Shown here one piece after another: positions 52,866 to 64,000 of a DNA stretch of 64,000 nt (position 1 is its first letter; each line of letters opens with the position of its first letter). Made by a program: the position numbers and the translations under genes. Under the pieces are notes generated by a model. That model saw only the letters and a list, made by a program, of their open reading frames with translations, was not told the origin of the DNA and did not search any database. This DNA comes from Felis catus (taxonomy: Eukaryota): contig NC_058368.1 of the NCBI RefSeq assembly GCF_018350175.1, positions 15,936,001 through 16,000,000 of the forward strand, written 5' to 3'.

Positions 52866-53380
52866 TGTTCTGATTATCTCTTGCTGTTTAACAAATTTCC
52901 CCAAAACTAGTGGCTTAAGCAACAATAGTTAATTTGTTCTCACCTTTCATTTTTCTTGGTGTTGACTGGGCTTTCCGAGGTAATTCTTGCTCAGGTATCT
53001 CATGCAGTTTTAGTCAGATTATGACTGGGGCTAGAATCATATTAAGGCTCACTCATTCATATGTCTTTACGTTGATGGTGTCTGGGATTGTCATCCGGGA
53101 CACTTGGCAGTAGTCTTTACAGGCAGCCTCTTCCCTTCCTCATGACGTGATAACTGAACTCTAAGAACAAGAATCCCATGAGGTGGAAGTTGTATTCCGT
53201 TTTATGATCTAACCTTGGAAGTGGCATAGTATCATTTCCCTAGTTACAGTCTCGCCCATAATCAGGGGTAGGAAACATGGACCCACCTCTCCAGTAGAAG
53301 CAAGGCTAATATCACATTAAGTGAAGAACTTGTGGGATGAGAGACCTTGTTGTGGCCATTTTGGAAAATGCAATCTAACT
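52866..53380 (-). mobile_element. MaLR solo LTR (MLT1G/H-like)
   Basis: ttatctcttgctgtttaacaaatttccccaaaactagtggcttaagcaacaa...gtggccattttggaaaatgcaatct. Confidence 0.8.
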
Positions 53381-54029
53381 AAATTTAGAGATATTTGTAT
53401 AAGTCAATAAGCCTAAATTTCAATGGTTTAACACCAATAAAATGTTTATTTGTTGCTTTTGCTACATATCCAAGATTGAGGATCATTTGTTATCACATTA
53501 TAATCTAGCCTTTCCTACCTAATATACATATGGGGATAGTTTAAGGAATCAATGAGATCTATAGCATTTTAAAGGATATTTAGTTGTTTCTGGCTCTTGA
53601 TTTCTTCTTTTCTAATTGTAGTAACTTTTAATTCTTCTAAAATATTCTTTAGTATTTACCTCCATATCTCTAAATAACATGTTTGTATTGCTACTTGTTG
53701 TTTCTTTAATTGTAGGCATTATCTGTTGATTTCCCACTGGAGAAGATGAGGGTTTACTTTTCCTTACTCCTCTTTTCCCTAGCATATGCACATGTATTTC
53801 CAACTCTCCCTCTACCCCCATCCTCTTAACAGAGTTACATTGTACTTCGGTCAGATCAATATGTTAATAAAATAAAATATTATATTCATTATATTAATTA
53901 CATTATACTATATATATTATAATCTATGTATGCTATTCAGATTTGAGCCATAAAGTAAACTGTAATTACTTTCCCTTTCTGTAGCATGTTTATACAAATC
54001 CCACACAAATGGAAAAGTGCATATAAGTT

Positions 54030-55850
54030 TACAGGTAAAGCAAACATTTATGTACCAATCAGCAGGATCAAGATAGACCATTGTCATTACTTTACCTTTC
54101 ACTCTTTTCTTTCTTACTCCCCCAAATAACTATTATATTGATAATGATAGTCATCTTTCCACTTTGCTTCATGATTTTGGCACCTACAGTGCACTCATAA
54201 ACACTAAGTCTAGTCTTGCCTGTTTTTGAATTTTTTGTAAATGGAAATTATAATATGCATTCTTTTGTGTCTCGCTTCTTTTGTCCAACATGGTGAGACT
54301 GATATATGTTGTTTGTGTAATTGCTCTTTGTCAATTTTTACTGAAACATAGTATTTCATTGCAGTAGAATATTTCAATTTTTATCCACTCTATTAACATT
54401 TAGGTTGTTTTATAGTTTTGAGTATTGTAAAATATGGGCTACATATATCTAGGAGTGGAATTATTGGGTCATAGAATATGTTTATCTCCAGTGACAAACT
54501 ATTTTACAAAATTATTGTGTCAATTTATGCTTCCACCAGCATTGTATATAACTTCTTGTTACTGTAGATCTTTGCTAACATTTGCTATTGTGAGTCTTTT
54601 AAATGTTCTCGTCTAGTGGGTATAATAATTGCTTAGTTTGGATTTCCAATAAAGTTGAATGCCTTTTCCTGTATGTTGTCTTGAATTTCCTCGTTTGTGA
54701 AGTGCCTGCTTAAGACTTTGTCCCTCTTTTAATTGGACTGTTTCTCCTTTACATTTTGATTTGGAGGAACTTTTTTTTTTTTTATTAAATTTTTTTTTCA
54801 ATGTTTATTTATTTTTGGGACAGAGAGAGACAGAGCATGAACAGGGGAGGGGCAGAGAGAGAGGGAGACACAGAATCGGAAACAGGCTCCAGGCTCCAGC
54901 CATCAGCCCAGAGCCTGACGCGGGGCTCGAACTCACGGAGCGCGAGATCGTGACCTGGCTGAAGTCGGACGCTTAACCGACTGCGCCACCCAGGCGCCCC
55001 TGGAGGAACTTTTTATATGTTCTGAATAAACCTTTCGCTGGTAAAATATGTTGCAAATAGTCCCATTCTGATTTGTCTTTTCACTTTCTTAGTGGTGTCA
55101 TTTGATGAACATCAATTGTTAATTGTAATATAGTCCAGTTTATTGCTTATTTTACAGTGAATAGTTTTTATGAATGGGATATTTTCTCTGTACAAGGTCA
55201 TGACGATATTATTTAAAATTATTTTCTAAAAGGTCTGTTGATTGTGACTTTAGCATAAACCATCTTCCCTGACTTATGTGTCTCCCATGAGGCAGGAGTC
55301 AAATAATTTTTTTTTCCATGTGAATAACAGTTTGTCTTAGCACCTTTTATTTAGATGGTCTCTGCAAAATAACCATTGTAGTAAATAACAAGTCCATATA
55401 TGTATGGGTATGTGTCTGGGCCTCTGTTTATTCCATTGTTCTTCTTGTAAGTCTTGATTTTCACTAGAGTAGTCCTTTTACCCTTTTCTTCTACTGTAAG
55501 GTTGTCTGAGCTATTTTTGGCCCTTTGCATTTCCATATACATTTTAAAATCATCTTGTAAATATCCTTGGTATTTTTATTTGGATTGCATTTTACTAATT
55601 TGGGGATCAATTATATCATTGTAATACTAGTATTCTAATCTACAGTTATGATGTTTCTACTTATGTAGATCATCTTTAATTTCTTTCAAAATTGTTTTTA
55701 AGTTTCATATGCAGAGTCTTGTTTTACTGGATTTGTTCCTGGGCATTTGATATTTTAGGTGCTATTTTTAAAGTATGCTTAAAATTTTTATTTTCTGACT
55801 TAAAATTTCCTATGTCCTTTAGAAATAAAATAGATTTTTGAATGTTTACT
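54030..55850 (-). mobile_element. Old L1 (L1MB/ME-like) fragment interrupted by a SINE
   Basis: aatggaaattataatatgcattcttttgtgtctcgcttcttt, ctaggagtggaattattgggtcatag and ccctttgcatttccatatacatttt motifs. Confidence 0.8.
54776..55000 (-). mobile_element. Young feline Can-SINE
   Basis: Near-consensus body. 14-bp TSD tggaggaacttttt (54762-54775 / 55001-55014). Confidence 0.98.
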
Positions 55851-56018
55851 GGGAAATGATCGCCTAGCAGAAAGTGAGCTAGATGATGCAGACCAGATAC
55901 TAAGCAATTGGATATTTGGCTTTTAGGAACCCTTCACCCTGGAAAATCTTCCTGCCTCACTCAATATTTTAATACTTTTATTTTTCCAAAATGTCCCAAT
56001 AAGTAAACACAGCTCCCC

Positions 56019-56360
56019 TGTATTAGTGTCCCATTGTTACTGTAACAGATTACTACAAACATAGTGATTTAAAACTACAAATTTATTATCTTATAGTTCT
56101 GGAGTACGGTATCTAAAATTGATTGGTAGGTCTGTGTTCCTTATAGAAATTCTAGGGGAGAATCTTTTTCCTTGCCATTTTCAGCTTCCATGGGGCACTT
56201 GGCATTTCTTGGCTTGTGGCCTGCATAACTCTGACCTCTACTTCTGTCATCACGTATGCCTCTCTGGCACTTACTCCCCTGCCTCCTCTTATAAAGACCA
56301 TGGTACAGTGGGCCACCCAGATAATTTAGTATAATCTCCCCATTTTAAGATGTTTGACTT
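56019..56360 (-). mobile_element. MaLR LTR (MLT1C/D-like), truncated by L1
   Basis: tgtattagtgtcccattgttactgtaacagattactacaaacatagtgatttaaaac..ctaggggagaatc..gggccacccagataat. Confidence 0.8.
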
Positions 56361-57750
56361 TCTTTTTTTAAATTGAAGTATAAATGACATAAATGTTACA
56401 TTAGTTTCAGGTTTACAACATATTGATTTGACTATACCATACATGGCTGAATGCTCACCACAACAAATATAGTCACAATCTTTCACTGTGTAATGTTATT
56501 GTAATATTATTAACTCTCCTCCCTATGCTTACTCTTCATCTCTGTGACTTATTTATTTTACAGTTGAAAGTTTGTGCTCTTAATCCCCTTTATCTCTTTT
56601 GCCCATCCCCTCACCAACCTCCCCTCTGGCAACCACTAGTAGTTCTTTGTATTTAAGAGTTTGTTTATTTGGTTTGTTTATTTGGTTGGTGGTGTTGTTG
56701 TTTTTAGATTCCATATGTAGGTGAAATCACATCTTTGTCTTTATTTACTTATTTAACTTAGAATTATAACCTCTAGCTCCATCTATATTGTCACAAATGG
56801 CAAGATTCCATTCTTTTTAGTGACTAATATTCCAGTATTTATATATTCCACTTCTTTATCCATTCATTGATTGATGGACACTTGAGTTGGCTTTATACAG
56901 TGGCTATTGTAAATAAAACTGCAGTAAATAAAGGGGTACATATATCTTTTTGAATTACTATTTTCATTTTTTTGTGTGTATAAATAGTAGTGGAATTACT
57001 GGCTCATATGGTATTTCTATTTTTAATTTTTTGAAGAACTTTCATACTGTTTTCCACAGTGGTTGCAACAATTTAAATTCCTACTAATAGTGCATGAAGG
57101 TTTCTTCTCCAAATCCTTGCCAACACATAGTATTTCTTATCTTTTTTGATACTAGGCATTCTGATTACTGTGAGGTGATACTGTGGTTTTGATTTGTGTT
57201 TTCCTGATGATTAGTGATGTTAAGAATCTTTTATGTGTCTGTTTGCCGTATGGATGCCTTTGGAAAAATGTCTGTTCTTGTCTTCTGCCTATTTTTAAAT
57301 CAAGTTATTTTTCTGGTGTTGAGTTGTATGGGTTCTTTATTTATTTTGGATATTAACTTCAGATATATCCTTTGCAAATATTTTCTCCCATTCACTTGGT
57401 TTCCTTTTTATTCTGTTGATGGTTTCCTTCACTGTGCCAAAGCTATTTATTTTCTTTTAGTACCAATAGTTTATTTTTGCTTGTCTTTAGTTGCCTGAGG
57501 AAGCATATCCATAAATATGTTATGAAGGCTGATGTCCAAGATATTACTGCTTATGTTTTCTAAGCAATTTTATGGTTTCAGGTCTCACATTCAGGTATTT
57601 AATCCATTTTGAGTGTATTTTTCTGTATGATGTAAGAAAGTGGTCCAGTTTCACTCTTTTGCATGTAGCTATCCAATTTCCCCAACATTATTTATTGAAA
57701 AAAATGTCTTTCCACATTGTATATTCTTGCCTCCTTTCTTATAGATTGAT
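56361..57750 (-). mobile_element. Carnivore/L1MA9-like L1, ~1.4 kb, 5'-truncated
   Basis: aattgaagtataaatgacataaatgttacattagtttcaggtttacaacata 3' end with continuous antisense ORF2 C-terminal sequence. Confidence 0.92.
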
Positions 57751-59160
57751 TATAAATTTTATCATCAATATTTTTTTTGTATTAGCTTAAAGAAACATTT
57801 GCTTGCACTGTGCTGCTAAAATATTTTGGAAGTCTCTATGGGCAATTATTAGTGACCAGAATTTTTGGAACATCTAGGTCAATAGCACATAAATGGCAAT
57901 AGAAATCTTAGTTTGCTTGGAACATTTTGTACACATACATCCTTCTACTATTTATTCAAGATGTCCTGGGCTTATTTACTTACTATAATCATAATCATTC
58001 CTTGGGATCCATAGTGTTTTTGTGTCTAAATATAGAAAAAAGTGATAGATTTTATGCATGGAACCTCATTTATTTATAAACAATCAATTTTGTCCTTTCG
58101 TTTGAGCTTTAAAATGTTACTGCATTTTATGTGCTTCCTTATGGCAAAAGGATAGAACTTTCTTACCTTCTGGTCTGGAAGTAAATGCCCAAGTGGCCAG
58201 TTATGAACCTGACATTATACTATGACCTCATGTTTGAATTCTAAAAATGTTTGCATTATTCTATATTACATTAGGATTTAAAGTACAGTAAATCTGTATA
58301 GAACTAGTTATAAATTATATTTCTCATACCCTTTTGCCCAGATATTTGAATAAAATTAAAGTTCTAGAAAGATGTTACACTTAAACTGTGTTTTTATTTT
58401 TTACTATCTGACATACCATTGAACACCCCTTTCCTTTTTTTTTCCACCTGAGGTTAAAAAGCACAAGTAGACAATTATGGGATCTGAATTCATAAAACCT
58501 GGGTACTGCTAATTACCAACTGTGTAATCTTGGGAAATTCATTGCTGTGGTTTGAATGCTTGTATCTCCCCTCATTTCATATGTTGAAATACTAATGGTG
58601 ATGGTATGAAGTGGGTCTTTGGGTGATTAGGTCATGAGGATTCTGTTATCTTGAATGAGTTAGTGACCTTACAAAAGGGGCCTCACAGATGTAGTCCCAA
58701 TAGTGTATTTTTGCTTTTGTTTCCCTTGCCTGAGGAGACATATCTAGAAAAATGTTTCTGTAGCCAATGTTAAAGAAATTCTTGCCTGACTTCTTCTAGG
58801 AGTTTTATGGTTTCAGGTCTCACATTTAGGTCTTTAATCAATTTTGAGTTTATTTTCGTGTATGGTTTAAGAGAGTGATCAATTTTCATCCTTTGCATGT
58901 CCAGTTTTCTCAGCACCATTTATTAAACGGACTGTCTTTACAGTGCATATTCTTGCCTCCTTTGTTGAAGATCAGTTGATCATATGTGCATGGGTTTATT
59001 TCTGGGCTCTCTGTTATTTTCAATTGATCTATGTGTGTATTTTTGTGCCAGCACTATACTGTTTTGTTTATTGCAGGTTTATGGCATGTCTTGAAATCGG
59101 GGATTGTGGCACCTCAAACTTTGTTCTTCTTTCTCGAGATTGCTTTGGCTGTTCAGGTTT

Positions 59161-59169
59161 TGTGTGTGT

Positions 59170-59211
<42 letters not shown>
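59161..59211. repeat. (TG)n microsatellite
   Basis: Seen directly. Confidence 0.97.
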
Positions 59212-59213
<2 letters not shown>

Positions 59214-59868
59214 TTACATACAAATTATAGTATTATTTGCCCTAGTTCTATAGCAAAATATAAAGCTTCTGCACAAAGGAACCATCAACAGAATCACAAG
59301 GCAACCTATTGAATGGGAGAAGATATTTGCGAATGATGTATCCAATAAGGGATTAATATCCAAAAATCTAAAGAACTTATACAACTCAACCAGAAAAACA
59401 AATAACCTGATTTAAAAATGGGCAAAGGACCTAAATAGACATTTTTTCAAAGAAGATATACAGATGGTCAACAGACACATGAAAAGATACTCAGTGTTAC
59501 TAATCGTTAGGGAAATGCAAATCAAAGCCACAATGAGACATTACCTCACACCTGTCAAAATGTCTAAAATAAAAAAGACAAGAAATAATAAGTATTGGTG
59601 AGGATGTGGAGAAATAGGAATCTTTGTGAACTGTTTGTGGGAATGCAAATTGGTGCAACCACTGTGGAAAAGAGTGTGAAGATTCCTCAAAAAAATGGAA
59701 ATGCCATATGATGTAGTAATTCTCCAACTGGGTATTATCCGAAGAAAATGAAAATGCTAATTCAAAAAGATATATGCACCCCTATGTTAATTGCAACATT
59801 ATTTACAATAGCTAAGATACAAGAGCAACCTAAGTGTCTATTGATAGATGAATGGATAAAGAGAAGTG

Positions 59869-59870
<2 letters not shown>

Positions 59871-59918
<48 letters not shown>

Positions 59919-59963
59919 TACATAGTATATACATATATATATATATATATATACACATATATA
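59871..59963. repeat. Compound (TA)n(CA)n microsatellite
   Basis: Seen directly. Confidence 0.95.
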
Positions 59964-60704
59964 GTAGAATATTTTCAGTCATAAAAATAATGAGATCTTG
60001 CCTTTTGCAACAATATGGAAATATGTATGGATCTAGAGGTTATAATGCTAACTGAAGTAAGTTAGACAGAAAGACATGCACCATATGATTTCACTCAAAT
60101 GTGGAATTTAAGAAACAAAACAAAGAAAGAAAGAATAAGAAACAAACAGGACTATTAAATACAGAGAACAAACTGGTGGTTGCCAGAGGGGTGGGGGTTT
60201 GAAATAGATAAAGGAGATTAAGAGCACACTTATCATGATAAATACTGAGTAATATATGGAATTGTCGAATCATTATATGGTACACCTGAAACTAATATAA
60301 CTCTGTATGTTAATTATACTTTAATAAAAGAATAAAAGAGGTCTCAAAGAGTTTGCTAGCTCCCTTTCCCCCATGTGAATATAGAAAAAGAAGTCTATGA
60401 GCAGAAAGAGGACCTTCAAGTAGATCATACTGGCTCCCTGATTTTCAACTTCTAGCCTCCAGAACTTTGAGAAATACATTTCTGTGAATGTATAAGCTAC
60501 CCAGTGGTATTTCTTTTAGTAGAAAGTGGTATTTTCTTGCAGCAGCCTGCACAAACTCAAACACCATTTATCTTCGTCTATAAAATGGGGATTGTAGTAA
60601 CACTTACTTCACAGAATTAGGAGAGTGAATGTGAAAAAGGTGTTTTGTAAACTGAAGTGGCTCTAGTTTCTGTTTATTCAACATTGTTCCTGAAACTGGA
60701 GTTT

Positions 60705-61230
60705 AATTATTAAGGGCTTTTGTAGGATCAATAGGTAGAAAATCCAACCCAAACTGGCTTAAGATAAAAGGGAAGTTTATTGGTTCGCATGACTCAAAAT
60801 TCCAGAGGAACATCTGATTCAGGAGCAGTTTGATGAAGGGGCCGAAATGTTGTCATCAGGGCCTACCATCTATCTCATCAATCTGCTCTCCTATATGGTT
60901 TGTTGCATTTCACTTTCATGTGGTGTCAGTATGACTGTCAGCAACTTTAGACCTGCAGTCTCTTAGGCTCAACTCCACAGAAACAGAATCTATCTCTTTT
61001 AGATAGTTTTTGTGCAAACTCTAGAATTTACTCTAAATTGGACCAGTTTGAGAGACAACCGACTTGACCTGATTTGGTCATAAGACTTACAGAGACTGAA
61101 CCAACATGAATCACACCATCCATCACCAGAGCCTAAAAGGAACCCCTGAACCACAAGTACCAGGAGTGGCAAAGGATCTGGGGTGTTATAACCAAAAGAA
61201 GGGAGGTGGGTTCTACTTGATAAAGTGTCC
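60705..61230 (-). mobile_element. Old MaLR LTR (MLT1J/K-like)
   Basis: agaaaatccaacccaaactggcttaagataaaagggaagtttattggttcgcatgactc motif. Confidence 0.7.
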
Positions 61231-62554
61231 ATTCTGTGTGTACTTAATGTTTCTAAAAGGATATCATTTTATCCTTAGTTTGTCCTACTCTGGAGAAAGA
61301 GTTTTCATGGAAGAAACCTTGCTTTTTTGTTCTAATATAGTCTTCTCCCTCCCTTTGTTTACCCGAAGCTCATAATTATAACATGCTGTATATCTTTCCT
61401 TTCTATTTGGCAACCAACTTGCTCCCATCTGTTTTTTATTGAATGATGTATGGGAAAGCCACATTTTCCTAGCTGGGAAAGTTTGATGAGCCGTTCTCTG
61501 TCTTTGTGCATTCTGTTTAACGCATTCCTATTTTTAGATTTGGGGGAAGATTTATACATATGATTGGTAGCCAGTATTTGCTCTTAAAACTCTTTTTTAG
61601 ATAATTTAAAGTTTCACTTATTCTTGAACACTTTTCCAGGCGACTTAGGACAGTGTTATAAAAATATATAAAACTTTTGTGAACATAGATATGCTGTTTA
61701 ATATATTATGGGCATAATATGAATTTCTATTTTTCTTTAGCTAATTTTATTTATTTACTCATGTTTATACAAATATTAAATGCAGACAAGTAAAACTTAA
61801 ATAACATGGTTTTTTTCCAAGTAATGTTAAGAGTGATCATAGATAGTTTCAAATGATAAAACTGAAGAATTAATATTTAGATAGAAGCATTGGAATTTTC
61901 AGTCTCTGTCACAATTCATTGTTACTCTTGGTAAACTTCACTGAAAGATAGCAACTTCATTAGGTCATCATTGGTACTTTTAGTACCTTTTCAGATTTTG
62001 ACAGGGGCAAGTTTTTGGTGTTTTGATTTTATAATCTCATTCAGTAATTAATGCTTTTGGTTACATTAATTATTTGTGAGCAAATACGTAAATAGCTCAA
62101 TTGATCAAAATAATTCCCATTTGTATAAAAAATACATATATATTTTTTACTTCATTGAGTTGCATTCATTCGGTTGTCTCTTCAAGACAAAGTTAATAAA
62201 GTGGCTTCTTTGGTTCACTTTGCTTTTGCCAGCCTGTGCTCAGCGCATGCAAATGAGTAAGTGGCATCTGCCTGGGTTACTCATTATGTGTGTAGGAGAT
62301 AACACATTGTGAGATGAAAATTATTCTATCCTCCCTCCTACCACCCCATAGGATATTCTGGCAAAAGGGTAGGGGAAAGAATTTGAAAACTTATCTTGAC
62401 TCCTTATTATATAAAGGACTTATTATATACTAGTTATTATATACTAGTTACAAGAATCAGGTGCTGTGGGGTACTTCCATACTTTGGGTTGAACATAATT
62501 TTTTTTTTTATAATTTTGAGTTTACCAATTTTTATCATGTGGACTTATGGGAAT

Positions 62555-62960
62555 TCTTAAATTTTTGCTTTAATTTTCCTTATCTTTAAAGTGGGGATTA
62601 TAATATAACTTTTGAGGACTGGGGTTATGATTAAAGGAGTTATACATATATGGTACTTAGAAGAGTACCTGTATGGTACTGAGAAGAGATAGTAAGTATT
62701 CTGTAGATGTTGACCATTATAATGGAATACAACATGGCAGGTAAGAACCAAGGCTTTGGAGTCAAACTTGCTTGAATTTTTTTTTTTTTAGTTCTGCCTT
62801 GGGCAAGATATTTAATCTCACTGGGTCATAATTCTCTCATTTGTAAAATTGGTATAATAATGGTATCAAAGTTAGAGAGTTGTTGTGATTTTAAATGAGG
62901 TAGTATATACAAAACACAATAATGCTTGGAGTATGTGAGCAATCAACAAATATAAACTAT
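62555..62960 (+). mobile_element. Two adjacent MIR fragments
   Basis: ttccttatctttaaagtggggattataata..gttatgattaaag and ggctttggagtca..ccttgggcaag..tctcatttgtaaaattgg..gttgtgattttaaatgag. Confidence 0.75.
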
Positions 62961-63457
62961 TATTATTATTATTTGCAGCATTTGTGTTAGATTATAAATG
63001 CCACCAGAACATATAGAAGATATTTACTTAATTTAATCTGCATAGATTTTAAGAGAGACACTTTATGGATAAATGGTTCCGAATATTAAGTTTTAAATTT
63101 GGATTTAGCTGTGCTTTATTTTTTTTTTTCACTCCATCACCCAGTATTTGGGTAAGTGGTTGTATTCTTTTAACAAATATAAATAAACACACATATACTA
63201 AATATGAAACAGTTAAACAGCAAAAGCCTGTGTTAGATAGATTAGGCTCAGCTCCAAGAGAGAATGGATCCTGAACATACAAATATTTGTATCAAGAGTC
63301 AGGAAATAAATAAAAAGGAATGAACTTTATGGAATAAAGCAATGGAGAAGAGTCTCAGGGAAATTTTTTAGTACAGAAAGAGCATATTCACCTTAGTCCT
63401 TCCCTCTTCAGTGGTGTAGCACAGAAGATGTTCACAAACATTCAAATGGTTGGTGAT

Positions 63458-64000
63458 GGGGGAAGGTTGGTGGTGTAGGAAGACACTGGGCTCACCGCGT
63501 CCTGCGGATCACTTAGATTCCACCAACACCTGCCTAAATAACCCAGAAAATCGCCAGAAGACTGGCAGAACGGATTCTCCAGAGCCAAGCATAGACAAGA
63601 GGGGCACGAAAGAGGGAAGGAAAGGCGGAGAGGCGGTGCGCGCTACACGGACTGGCGGGAGGGAGCCGGGGTGGTGGAGGGGCAGCCAGCCCACCCAACA
63701 AGGCAGAGCCCCCGAGTCTGGCTTGCAAAAGCGGAGGGGCCAGACTCTGTGAGTTCTGACAACCAGTGGGACTTAACATCTGGAAAGTTATAAATTAACA
63801 GATCTGCTCAGAGAATGGAAGGGCTGGAGGACAACGGGAGGGAAAGTTGTTGAGCCCCGGACAACAGAGCACAGCTTGGCAGGAAACAGAGGTGCTCACT
63901 AGTGCCATCTCCTTCGCCCATCCCCCAGCCAAAATCCCAAAGGAACCAGTTCCTGTCAGGAAACTTGCTTGCTCGGGGCAAACACCGAACCCTGTGCTTC
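63458..64000 (+). mobile_element. Feline L1 (L1_Fc-like) 5'UTR/internal promoter, continuing beyond the window
   Basis: GC- and CpG-rich relative to the window. ggggaagg..gtaggaagacactgggctcaccgcgtcctgcggatcacttagattccacc..cctgcctaaataacccagaaaa matches the recalled feline L1 5' end. Confidence 0.85.

Larger units (their letters stand above)
58690..60333 (+). mobile_element. Carnivore L1 with 5' inversion (inverted arm 58690-~59250 on minus; sense arm ~59251-60333)
   Basis: Orientation switches near 59250. ORF 59748 ([30 protein letters not shown]) is the ORF2 end. TSD aaaaggggcctcacaga (58673-58689) / aaaagaggtctcaaaga (60334-60350). Confidence 0.92.
58543..60563 (+). mobile_element. MaLR LTR (MLT1A/MST-like) split by L1 (LTR halves 58543-58689 and 60334-60563)
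   Basis: tgctgtggtttgaatg..attcatatgttgaa-like start and ttaggtcatgagg in the first half. Second half acttctagcctccagaactttgagaaatacatttctg..taagctacccagt..gcagcctgcacaaactcaaaca. Confidence 0.85.
58470..60655 (+). mobile_element. MIR split by an MLT1A-like LTR (MIR halves ~58470-58542 and ~60564-60655)
   Basis: ...ttaccaactgtgtaatcttgggaaatt | ...tcttcgtctataaaatggggattgtagtaacacttacttcacag are consecutive MIR core parts. Confidence 0.65.

Noticed and set aside
57460..58980. Apparent local duplication between ~57460-57750 and ~58700-58980
   Set aside because: Both are the same part of L1 ORF2 from two independent, diverged insertions.
62420..62447. 14-bp tandem duplication ttattatatactag x2
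   Set aside because: Ordinary slippage duplication in AT-rich sequence.
63450..64000. Host-gene CpG-island promoter and overlapping ORFs
   Set aside because: The sequence resembles a feline L1 5'UTR, and the ORFs reflect high GC content.

Overview
AT-rich, CpG-poor mammalian genomic DNA, almost certainly felid (domestic cat or a close relative), because it carries many feline-type Can-SINEs (SINEC_Fc-like) and L1_Fc-like 5' and 3' UTRs. It is mostly transposable-element fossils: a decayed ERV-L provirus (1-5774, with RT, integrase and dUTPase remnants and an LTR16-like 3' LTR), MaLR/MLT1 LTRs, Tigger and hAT DNA transposons, L1 fragments of several ages, L2/MIR, 17 Can-SINEs and many microsatellites. 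I recognise no host protein-coding gene, and the supplied ORFs are repeat-derived or look like chance. I see no novel multi-gene system. The most notable structures are: (i) a TSD-flanked L1 5'UTR fused directly to an L1 3' tip; (ii) a well-preserved, apparently young Tigger-type transposon containing a double M-box palindrome; (iii) a twin-primed, 5'-inverted L1 nested in an LTR nested in a MIR; (iv) a strong minus-strand bias of SINEs and L1s, suggesting a large intron of a + strand gene; and (v) six near-identical young SINEs. Repeat subfamily names come from recalled consensus sequences and need RepeatMasker/Dfam confirmation. Boundaries without TSD or TIR support are approximate.
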